Assembly (NCBI RefSeq): GCF_964355755.1
Contig: NC_092671.1
Span: forward strand, 24,564,070 to 24,628,069
DNA: 64,000 bases
Direction: 5' to 3'
DNA from: Antedon mediterranea
Taxonomy: Eukaryota; Animalia; Echinodermata
Made by a program: the position numbers and the translations under genes
Shown: in pieces, positions 39,613-51,500 of the stretch
Position numbering within the stretch: the first letter of the stretch is position 1
Layout: every line of letters starts with the position of its first letter
The notes under the pieces: model-generated
The model's input: the letters and a program-made list of their open reading frames with translations, nothing else
What the model was told of the DNA's origin: nothing
Database searches by the model: none

Positions 39613-41446
39613 TCAATTAACATACGATGTGTTCTGTACATCCCAAATCTCTGTAAACAGTGTATTTCTGGTATCAAATACCAGTTTGCATAGAATGCTT
39701 GCATTCTGTGTAAGTTTATATTTTCTCTGTTTGAAACCCCTAAAGTGCAATTTTGTAACTTCCCCACTTGTACAATTACCAATGAGCTGCTGATTAAGGT
39801 TACGTAAGTGTGCAAGATCTTGTTGGAAATCACCTTCGTAATTGGCAATCCTTTTCCAAAGACTTTGGTTAAAATGGTCGTATAACATTACATCAACACT
39901 ATTCCATTCACGTACGTTACGATGTAACTCTTTGTTACCTTGTTGCTTATCTTTCCGTCGGTTTTGGGAGGCATACATTATGTCTTCGAATCTCCAACAG
40001 AACATTTTGCGTAAAATAAGTAGTGATTCGTCTAAATAATCTCCAATTAGTATAAAATCGAATTCTTCGTCAAGTTTTTCTAGTTTATCTTTTACAATTG
40101 TAATATTATCATGCCATGAATGCTCAAGACCAAGATCAAACATTTGATTATTTCGAGAATACTTCCACATAGCACTAGATCTTCCAAACTTATTTCTATA
40201 TAATTTAGGATTTTGCATGAATAATTCTAGGGCGGCTTCGGTATTATTTACACCTACAACTTTGTTGAATGTAAAATATTTAAATGCTGATACGAATTGA
40301 TCAACTGGATTTCGTAAAATGGTAACATATTTTGTTCGATTGTCCATGAAAGTTTCAAAGATAGTTCTGTTATAAAGAACGTGTACCGACGATATGTTGA
40401 ACTTGAAATCGTTAAACTCTCTTTTTATTTTTCCTCTCGGGGGTAAAAAGTATTCCTCTTCTAATACGTCAGATAATGAAGTGTAATAGAAGTGACCGTT
40501 TAGAGGTATTTTCTTGTTTAAAACGAATGATAAATTATTTAAAAATCCATAACGATTAAATATACTAGTTACTGTCGTACTTGCTGTCTTATGGGTTTTT
40601 ATAAAAGCGACGTTGTTTACTTTAGCTGAGGAACATTTGTTTGGTGAACTGGGCCCAGTGGTTTGACTAGTCGTTACTGTTCGAACTGTATCGTTGTCAA
40701 TAAATATTGTACTGTATCTGCAAATAAAAAAAATATATATTTTACTTAACATTTGAAAATTACTAAAGATATATAAAATCAATCAACTTTCTGTATTGGA
40801 CGAGATAGTGAACTACCACTTAGTAAATTCTATGGTACACTCAATTAATTTTAACTTACCGAAATATGGGCGTCTGAGAAAGGTTCAAAATGACACAAAC
40901 CAATATTGAAAGAATAATGGTACCAAGAAAAATAGTTGTTTTGGTCTGTTAAGAAAATTTGAATATAGAGTTATGAATGAATAGCGCTTCCGTGTTTAAA
41001 ATTAAATTAGGTATAATATGTTTTAATATATCAATTACTGATAGGCCTAGTTGTGCGTTGTTTTACTCTGTTGACATTATGTATGCGAAATAGAATCTTG
41101 TTACATTTACACAATATTTTTCTAGATTACATATTACATTTTCTATTTATGCATCAACAACTGATCTTTGAATATTATATGATATCAATAGTTAATATTT
41201 AATAGTTTACATAACATTATGATACAACTTAATCAAAATTTACTTTCATTTGTAGTTAGTTTATCCTGTCATTTAAACATAATCAATTAGTCTGACTTTA
41301 CTCATTCTTTGACATTTGGTGTAGTATGTATAGTAGGGCCTAGTCAGTAAACCTTCAATTATATTACAAATACAGCTCGTGTTACCATATTCCTATATAA
41401 TCATATATCATGTACAATGAACATTGTAAATCGTTACCTTTTGCAT
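39613..41446 (-). CDS. Galactose-3-O-sulfotransferase family protein (type II Golgi membrane)
   Basis: Exons 41446-41438 (MQK), 40945-40860 (TM anchor TTIFLGTIILSILVCVIL), 40717-39613. 5'-PAPS motif FIKTHKTASTT; YVTILRNPVDQFVSAF; NNQMFDLG; DESLLILRKMFCW; WNSVDVMLYDHFN. Confidence 0.9.
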
Positions 41447-41589
41447 GTCTGTTCACTTGTTTGGTGAGTCTATAAAATAACAACATCAAATGATTATTCG
41501 CACTAAAAATCACTGTACCATACTGAACAAACAATTAAATGAATCTTTTAACATTGATGGTAGACCATGTGTGTATGTGTATACATACA

Positions 41590-42117
41590 TTTACGTAAGG
41601 GCAAAATTCGGTAAAGTACTTTTAGAATTTTTACTCGATGGTATATAAAGTTGGTTCATACTTTCTGTACTGATTTTAACCACCTAATGTAACCCTGTTC
41701 ACAAATTTTTAGATAATTACTTATTGAATTTACGAATTTAGCTTCAACGATTTGCTCTTAATAGGGGTGTTTTCCTATCGTCGTATAGGCTTCACTGTGG
41801 ATTTCTATGCTGAAAATACCCGCATCGTAATACGAGGATGCTTCGCATTTACCTATCTCCTTCTACGATAATTGTTTTTATTAGCAAACCCGGTCAAACA
41901 GCTCGAGTACACCATCATAATGTTGAAAACAAACAACATTTCTTTAAAAAATACTAGTTTCTATGTCGGAAGTAATTACCAGGGTGCTAATTTTAGTAGG
42001 CTGCATAAATCAGTCGTTCATGTAAACGACTTATATATTATAGTCCTGCTGTACGTACATTTGAAATCGCCAGTTTTTTTTAACGCTGAAATTACTGTGT
42101 ATTCGAGAACCGTCTAG
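41590..42117 (+). mobile_element. Helitron-like family A partial copy 3, plus a second dispersed repeat ending CTAG/T
   Basis: TTTACGTAAGGGCAAAATT... is collinear with 20470-20830; 41980-42117 matches 21367-21477. Confidence 0.55.
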
Positions 42118-44939
42118 TATACAATATTAATAAAATAAATAAATACTTTTAATATAAATTTCCATTAAATTATTAGATTTTTATTTAAATACTAAATAGG
42201 TCGGTGTCAGGTGAGTTAAGTGAGAGTTGAAAAAATTATATCATTTGATCAAAAGTAAACATTTAGAATTGTCAACATTATTAATGGAAAGACTTTGAAC
42301 TGTTCGCTCAACCCACGGACAGTCTCTGAGCAACCCGTGTTGTTAAAAATATCTAATGTGAATATTGTAAGATGTAAAAGACAAAACAATATAAATGGTA
42401 GAGTATCATTTTATATTTTTGCTCAGAAAATTACATTTAGAACAAACTGGACAAAAGTTACTTTAAAGGATCTGCCCTGTAAATAAATTCAGTAATAATG
42501 AGTTGGCATATCAAAACTAAAGGCCTAGGCCTATATCTCCACTTGCCTAAGTATCCCACAATTAAGTAAAATTCTAACACGGTAAAAGGAGAGAAATACA
42601 TTATATGTATTGATAAATTAAAAATAAAAGGATGTTTGTGAACGAAACTCACCTGGAGGAAACGACCTGATCACGGATATACCAGTCTATATCAAGCCAC
42701 ACGTATTGAGTAGACTAATCTACCGGTGTGCGATGTTATTGAGTGTTTCCGTTCGTTTACAATTGGTACTGTACGCAATATTGTCCAGTCGTGGTTAAAC
42801 AAAATAAAAGATAAGATCATTCTACATCAACGAATTCCCCTGTTATCGCCGACTCGATATGTGGGTGTTAGGCGGACCGAAAGCTGGGTGTATCAGCCTA
42901 CCGCATTATGCTCTAATGCATCTTTACTTTACACTTTACTTGTTTTAATCATGACCTATACTACTACACACATGCAGACTATGTAACCGGCCTATGCGCG
43001 AATTATGTGTATTTTTTAATTATTTTGTTATGCGACTACTGCATTTATTTTAAGTTAATTAGTAAAAAATGTAGGCCTACAGTTTGTTGTTATTATTCTT
43101 GTCGGGAAAGTTACTATGATTCATATTTTTGTTATATTTAGTATTTTTTCATTCGTTTGAAATCGATTATACCGTAGTAACAAAAATAAATAAAAAGAGA
43201 ACTTTGGATTTTTTTTTAAACTCCATCTTAATGTTGTAGGCCTAAATGTGCCTTATCAACGTTTCTACTGTAATTAACAACAATATTATATTAAACACGT
43301 ATCATGTTGTTTCCTCATATTTGTTTTTGACCACACCTAGATTCATCCCATGTAATAGAGCAACATGAACTGGTGTTAGAGTCAATAGAAATTATATAAG
43401 TTATACAATATGGAAGTTAATTATTTTGATTTGTGTTAATTCCTGTTTCTTGTTTTTGGCGGTAGATACGTTAAGTAAACGATTATAAATAATATTAGCC
43501 ACAATGTTATTTTAGTATTATTTTTATTTATTCCATTTTATGATAGAGTGGGTATGCATAAAAAGAGAGCACATGAGAGACATGAGCTGTCAAAGACAAA
43601 TCGCCAAAGATCATCGAGTCACTCAAACTCCAGAAAAAAACAATAGGTCTACCAGGAAAAATAAAATTAAGATTACAAGAAAAGACTACCGCATATTTAA
43701 TATGAAAATCAAATTTGTAACAATAAATGTATGAAAATAAGAATTATTGTTGATTCTTCTTTCATTTCTTTCAGCCTACTTTTCTTGTACTTATTTTTAT
43801 TTATTTCTGTGATAAAGTACATAAAAAGGAGAGCACGGGACAGAAAAGAGCTGTCAAAGACAAAAACAAATAAGGTTTTTAATTTTGACAGTCAATAGGT
43901 TTTTCAACAGTATTCAATAAAAAAAAGCTTGTTTAACTTTGAAATAATTGTGTCCAGGTTTTGATACATTTTGACATCTGTTTTGTGTAAAGAGATACAG
44001 AAAGACGTCCCAACAAAATCTGAAATAGGACAAATGAAATATGTAGACAAGTACAATTGCTGTTTCGTTAAGAGAACTTTTTTAATATCCAAAACTTGTG
44101 GTGGAATGCAGGTATCCGTACTATTAAAGATATAACTCCAAAGGATCTTTCCACTCTTTCCCACAAAGTATGGAATTAAAATTTACTTTCTTTTGTATGG
44201 TGCAATTCTGCATTCTATCCCAATGAACTTGAAGGTAATTTTCAATGAAAACCAAGAAATACTTGATAAAGCTGATATTTATTGAAACTGTATTCAAAAT
44301 TAAACGAACATGTAATAAAGTGAATAACTTTAATATTACTTTGATATGGCCAATTTAAATTTAGAATATTTTGACCTTCATTTTTGTTTGTGTTTCAAGG
44401 GACAATACATCTTTAATTAAACTGATATTCCAAGCTGTTCATTATTAAAATATTCTTTAAGTTTTATTTTTAAGGTTGCATTATTTTGTATTGATTTAAG
44501 TGAATTAAACGTATAATCACACTATTGTAGCAAATGTCACAAACGACATCAATAAAGTAAATTTGAAATGGTCAAACATAGTAGGCAATTTTTATTTAAA
44601 AGACTCCATTTTGTTACTCCATAAGCTACACCTTCATGGCAAAGTTAAAGCTTTCCTATTTAAATACCTAAACGAAATTATTTTTATATACAAATGAAAG
44701 GTTGTTTAGGATCGGATTCTCATGTATACGACTTGTGTTCCTTTTGTTAAAATGAGAAAGACAATTATTTACTTCATATGTTTGTGTATTTAAACATGGG
44801 CCGTCCTTTATGGATGTTTGTTAAAATCCTTATTTGTTTAAAAATGTTGAAATGTTTAAAAACATTTATATTTTTTAAATTTACACGTGCGTAGCCTGTC
44901 ACATTTGACGTGCTCGTATAACGTAATTTCGAGTTGAAA

Positions 44940-45521
44940 ATTAAGTCAAGAAAACAGAAATCGGGCAAAAAGTGTGCGCAATAACATTTAACGCGCAGTG
45001 GCCGCGCAAAAATCTGCGCACTCATGGCAATTTTGTAAACGCTTAAAATTGCCTGAAACGTACTCTTATTTCATCGAAAATAAATTTTGAAAATTTTAAG
45101 CGCGCGTACGCATGCGTTACATGCGCTACGCACGTAATTGTATTGCCATATGATGATTTATGCCCTGAAATTTATGAGTACCAAATTTTATTTAATTGTG
45201 ATTCATGGTTGTTAAGATATGATTACAAACGTGATTTCGTTAAATCGTGCGTAGACCGCGTAATTTTTTATTGCGCACCGTGAAAACATAACCACATCGA
45301 TTCCTGGCCATAAGGAATATTCTGTGAAAAATTGACTTAGCTAGATTAAACTGATATCAAGATAAGGTCATAAAGCGATAAAACACATAGTGATACCGGA
45401 CCGACAGACAGACAGACAGACAGACCGACAGACAGACCGACAGACAGACCGACAGACAGACAGACAGACAGACCGACCGACCGACTTAGTGAACTATAGA
45501 GTCGCTTCCACGCGACTAAAA
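44940..45521 (+). mobile_element. DINE/HINE-like element with a (GACA/GACC)n microsatellite
   Basis: Microsatellite at about 45399-45485, then the terminal hairpin AGTCGC-TTCCAC-GCGACT and an A-run. The left boundary is approximate. Confidence 0.5.
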
Positions 45522-45557
45522 ACACATCGTATTTGAGATTTCTCATGATTAGATTGT

Positions 45558-46400
45558 GTGCAACATTTTAACGAAATCACTAACACTGGTGTCCCTCTGG
45601 TATGTGTTCTTTCTCCTGTTCTTTTCTCTCTGTACACAAATGACTTTAAAAATGAAAGTAATAATGTTAGTATAGTTAAGTATGCAGATGATTCTCTTGT
45701 TACGGGTATATTTCAGCATAACTGTGAAGATGAGTATAAAAATACACCTGAGTTGTTTGAGTCATGGTGTAAGAAAAATGTTCTTATATTAAACGACCAA
45801 AAGATAGAAACTGGAAAAGAACATAAATATTTAGGAACAACGGTAGATTGTGAATTAAATTAGAATGCAAATACTGTAAATATTGTTAAAAAGTATAATC
45901 AACGGCTGTATACCTTCTCAGAAAGCTGAACTCTTTCAAACAGTACAGTACAGTTTCTTTCCTTCCATTGATGCCAGTCGCATCCAAGAGGCAGTCTTCT
46001 CTAGCATCCAAATATTTATGCTGGGTCCGACTGTTGAAGGCTTGACTATGATCGCACTGAAGGAGTTTGCTTAATCATAATCCAAGAGTCACGATAGTAT
46101 GGTTTTCGGGCTTGTGCAAAGAGCATTCGTTTTGTTAATGAGTTATTTGGTTCTCGGCAGATACTGAATAATGATGTACTTTTTTTTGTTTCACCAGAGT
46201 GTTATTTTTGTGTTGTAACTTTCAATTGTGTTGTTTGGTACAATAGTCTGAGTGATGATACAGTACAAAGAAACTTGAGCGTACTATGAAAAATAGCAAA
46301 ATAATAGGAAGGATTGTCAATGTTATCGACGAAGTTTACAGGCGCAATGTTATTAGCCAATTTAAGAAAATAATGAATGATAAATATGTTGTTAATAAAT
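45558..46400 (+). pseudogene. Degenerate non-LTR RT fragment (Rex1/Babar-like)
   Basis: TGVPLVCVLSPVLFSLYTND...IVKYADDS...KYLGT; broken by stops and frameshifts. Confidence 0.7.
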
Positions 46401-46699
46401 CAGGTAGAATAGAATCGTCCTTTAATGTTCATTTGTCCACAACTCTATTCATATTTCCAACTCAACATTTCAAAGATAGTTGTTTTTTTATTTCTTCTGT
46501 AAATATAACTTATCTTATCTTAAATCAATTTTTTTTGTCTGCCACTATTTTTCTATTTATTTATATTTTTATTGTTACAGACAACGGCTCTTACTTACGT
46601 AGCAAGCGAATTACACAATGAAAAGCGAGACTTTTCATAATACCGTGTCTCCTGTGCACATGCAGCGCATATTATACAAAAAATATTTTCAGGAAAAAA

Positions 46700-46792
46700 A
46701 ACAGCGCCCCCAGCTAAAGCGCCATCTATCGCACAAACAAAACAGAAGGGGGAGCCATATTGAAGAATTGTGCGATTGGACTTTTTGAGTTG
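46700..46792 (+). promoter_or_regulatory. Candidate CNOT2 promoter and first non-coding exon
   Basis: GCGCCATCTATC (CTCF-like) and GCCATATTG (YY1-like) motifs, then donor TTG|GTAATT at 46793, then CTAG-rich intron DNA. Confidence 0.5.
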
Positions 46793-47544
46793 GTAATTTT
46801 AATTATTTATTTCTAACATAAAATTATTATGGCATTTTAGTACCTTGTTCTTAATACACTTAGCATTATAGATCAATATAATGCTATTCGCTTGTCTCTA
46901 TGCTAAAATTATTTTAGGCTAGGCCTAGGCTAGAGATTTGGTTTTGGTACACTGACTGTTTTGACAGAGAGAGCAAGTCAAAACCGAAATGGTTGGATGT
47001 ATGTGTCTAAATTAGACATTTAATAACCAGCAATATGTATGCCTAGCCTATCAAGTCATGCCTAGCTATCTCTGATTGAGATAGCTAAACTTGTATATAG
47101 CCTAGCTAGGCTACATTTATTTGCGATGATTAAAATGTTCATTTTCCATAATAATAAGTTATTATGAGGCTTAGCTAGGCCTAGCCTAGCTAGTATTAGT
47201 AGTAGGCCTAGACTAGCTATCCTAGGCATTCTTTACTCCATGCATGGGCCTAACATAGTACTAGGCCTAGACGATTTTCGTGCTATGGAAGCCATCTTGC
47301 GTGACAAGCCGAGCATAAAAACAAAATAACCGTGTTTTCAGACGGGATTTCTTAACGGAGGGTCGTATGAGAAAACAAAATTACTGTAAAATGTTCTTAA
47401 AAGATTGGCCGGCCCTACATAACTGTATGAATATGATTGAAACAAACATGGTTTGCAGCTCCCCCTGCCTTTTTAACTGCTCGGCCAACTCATCTTGACC
47501 AATCAAATACTCGTTTTGCTTACAAAAGCTTGGCATTAAATTAA

Positions 47545-48322
47545 CACCGTGGTTAGGATTCCGGCACCGGAATTCAACTGCCCACCGTTAAGGAATCTGA
47601 CACGCTACTGCGCATGCCCACCGCGAAGCAATTATAGCTTGCACTAGTGCCACAGACCGCGCACCACACCATCGAGAGTCGGTTACACACTGTAGCCTAG
47701 TTAGTCGTTGCGCGGGGGAGAGTGAGATGGATGAAACTTGGCCATACATGAATTAATAATTAAAATAGAGGAAGTATAAGTTCGGAACGGGAGAAAAACA
47801 CCAGGCCTGCTCAGTGTCATAACGCTTGCGTATTTCAAGAAATGTACGAAAGTGAATATAGCGTAGCGTTGCGACCCCGACTTTCCCGAACAGTTCTGTT
47901 TTTTTTTCCACATCCGCGCGGCAGCTAGGTTGCCGTCAACAAATCAACTTGTATACGAGAGGGCATGTTATTACAGCATAATGCGTTTTATGAAATCTTT
48001 TTATTTTGTACTTGAAAAATCATAAACTAGTCATGTAGGCCTAATTATAATTCATAATTATATGAAGTTTAATACATGAATGAAGCAACCACTTTTTTAA
48101 TTACGAAATAAATAGGCCCACTGGTCACATCTAGCTGGTAGGCCTACTACTAGTAGTATTAGTTAGTAGGCATCTGGGCTAGTTCGCCGTGGCGCAGCTA
48201 TTAAATGATCCCATCGCTGTTATTAGAGTCGCCGATTACTTCATTGTGGGCATGCACAATAGCGTGTCGGATTCCCTAAAGCTGGGCAGTTGAGTTCCGG
48301 TGCCGGAATCCTAACCACGGCG
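47545..48322. mobile_element. piggyBac-like MITE upstream of the CNOT2 coding region
   Basis: TTAA|CACCGTGGTTAGGATTCCGGCACCGGAATTCAACTGCCCA...TGGGCAGTTGAGTTCCGGTGCCGGAATCCTAACCACGGCG|TTAA, about 40-bp TIRs. Confidence 0.85.
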
Positions 48323-48504
48323 TTAAATTAAATAGGCATAGGCCCTGCAGTATCCTAAATTTATTATAATTTGCTTAAATTGTAATTTTGGACGTTTTTT
48401 ATAAATAATGTCACAAATTATTCTTTGTCTTAAATGTGAGTGTATGGTTAATTATGAAGCTAGCAATAGAAATTCTAATTCTACTATTATTTACAGATCA
48501 TCAG

Positions 48505-51500
48505 ATGGCGAATTTAATGGGCTATGGTGGCCAGTGAGTGCATTTTGATTTTTTTTTTCCACATAATCGGACATTACTATATTTGCTAAATGTATGATTT
48601 GATGGTTTTGTTATTTAACTTAAAGACACTGGGAATTACAGTAAGATACTCTCTCTACAGACCCACAGAAGTGTCTATTATTGTCCGATTAAGTTATTTA
48701 TTATTATTTTATTTCCCAGTACATTTCCAGCATTATGACCGGGTTAATTTTTCATCCAACACCCATACTCATAATAAACAACCAAATACTGAGTAACCCC
48801 ACTTTAATAGATTTAATCCAATCATTGTTACATGTACAGTACATCACAAAAATGAAGCACCTTAATCCTTTTTAATGCATGCATGATACAATGGTAAAAT
48901 GGCAGATACATGTCTATCACAAAAGGGGAGAAGGTTTTCAAACACATCCAGGGGGATCTGTAATTTTTATTTTCAAGATATGCTTTATTAGTAATAAACA
49001 AATTCTAATAGTAGTAGCAATTATTAAAATGCATAATAAAAAAAATACTTACAATACAGTACATTCAAGATAAAAACAATGCTGATAGCTGTATGCATAC
49101 TTACAGTGTTTCATTACAGCAGTACCTTTTAAATCTAATGTATTGCTCATTTTTTTTCTGAACAGATTTGGGTTATCCCAATTACCCAACGACAGGAAAG
49201 GACAGCCAGATTTAAATCAGCCTGGTAAACGCAACTTTTATGTTTACTTAGTGGTGGTCAATATATAGCCCACTCAATATTTCATTGACATGTGAAAAAT
49301 AATTTACTAGCCTACTAAATTATAGTGAAATCATAATACAAATGGATCTTAAAATCAGCAGTTTTGTCAATTTTCACATACTTTTTTTTTTTTTTTTTTT
49401 TTTTTCAGATTTTACATTGTTAGGGAAAAAGGGGAAGATGGGATTTTTTGGAGAAGGAGATAAGGAAATAAGTGATCCAACAAGTATATACTTTCCAGCA
49501 CACAGGTCGGAAAAAGATGTAAGTGTAAGACATGATTTATATGATCTATCAGCTGTTTCTTTTGATGATGTAGCCCACTGAGTTAGTTGATGGTGAACTG
49601 TATGCTATTTTTTACTATATAAAGCCTTGATTGCACTGGACTTAATTTGGCTATACCCACTTGTTTTTCTAAACTACTATCAGTAAATGTATCTCTCTCC
49701 AAAAAAGTTAGTTCTGATCGACTGCCATTGTAGTTAAAATACTGTAGGTTTAAATTAAATTGCCCAAACATTCTTTTATATAAATGTATTTAGAAAATGT
49801 ATTCAATCATAAAACAGAATACAATATCATAAAAAAAGAAGTTAAAGTATTAATATCAGGTGTGCTGTTAACCTTACCAATTAAAAAAACAAAATCAGTT
49901 TATTTAGCTACATTAAAATATTATATACAGTAGAACCTATGTTTTAGTTTTACATTCCCTGGCTTTTACGTAAGCTTAAAATGACCAATGATGTCATCAT
50001 TTTCTTACATTGAGGGCGCAATTTAACAACAACAAAGCCATGGCTGTGTGAGGAATTCTGATGTGTGAGACAAGCTACACACGTGCATTTCCCCTACAGC
50101 AGCGACTGTTTTTATTGATAGAAAATACAAGAACATTGATATTTCAATTTACACTTTATTTAAACATAGCACAGCCTTTATATACTGTACTTTTTTAGTT
50201 AGGCCTCACATCTTGCTAGCCTGGCCAGCTAGCTAGTGACCCACCTGCATGCTGTACAGTAAAGTAGGAAAACACGGCAGCCTTTTTAGCTATGATTTAA
50301 GATCAACCTGGATTTTATGAATCCCATGTTTTACGCACGCCTTTCGGTTCCGTACGTAAAATGAAGGTTCTACTGGTAAATTGCATACAAATTTTGTCTT
50401 GAGCTTGTGTCTATATATGTACTGCTGATACCTCCTTTTTTTGTAGAAAATTATGGGTTCGAATCTCAGTCATGATTAATATGGTTAATTAATTAATTTC
50501 AAATTTACAGGTATTATCATCACAATTTGGTGTTGGTGGATTTGGTCAGAGTAAGTGATTGTTTCTTTTACATTGAATATTTACAATATTAGTTTTTTGG
50601 ATATGTTGTTCAACAAATATCGTTCAAAAAATAGATATTGATAGAATATATCAGGCAATTTTTTTTCAAAATAAATGTTTTTGCTTGAAGTGGTTGTTGG
50701 AAAAGTAAAATATATGGAATAGATTGTATTTGTATTTATACAGACACAACTAAAGTGTCCCTTTATGCCGAACTGCCACAAAATAGCAGAAGCTGGATAT
50801 GCCCATTATTTAGCCATAACACTTACATAATTAATGATCTTTTTTTTGTTTGTTCATTGTTTTTAACCTATATTTTGAAAATAACTTAACTTTTGAACAT
50901 ACTGTATTGTCAATTACAAGTGAAGATTTGGGTGTTTAGGTTAATACTTTTTAATCCATCTTAGATATGCCAAGTCTGCCACGAGGAATGCCCACACCAC
51001 AACAATTTCCACCCAGAAGTTTATCAAGTCACCATGGTAATCTAGCAGGACATGTTACACCAACAAGTGCATCATTGACATCAGGAATGCAACCTATAAA
51101 CCCATCATCACCAAACAGGTTAACATTAATGTTTTTTCACTTAGATTAGCATAATGTGTCATTATAGCATGATGCTACAATACTGATCAGTTGAAATTCC
51201 TTGCATGTTTTGATCATTTAATATATTTACAAGCGTTGCTATCCTCGAGTGATGCATCATGTCACACATCACGCACGAACGTATCCACTAACCGTTACCG
51301 TTATCCAGATAAAAAAATTTAAAGGTACACACATTCTCGATCCATACATTAACTGACCTAATTTTATTTTGTTGGCCCGGAAGCGAACCCTGTGTAGCAT
51401 GTAAGCCTAGCTAATAGTACTTATAGGCCTAGACATCATACTCTATGCTAGCCTAGCAATTCGCAACACTGACAAAAATGATTCTCCATTACAAAAAAAC

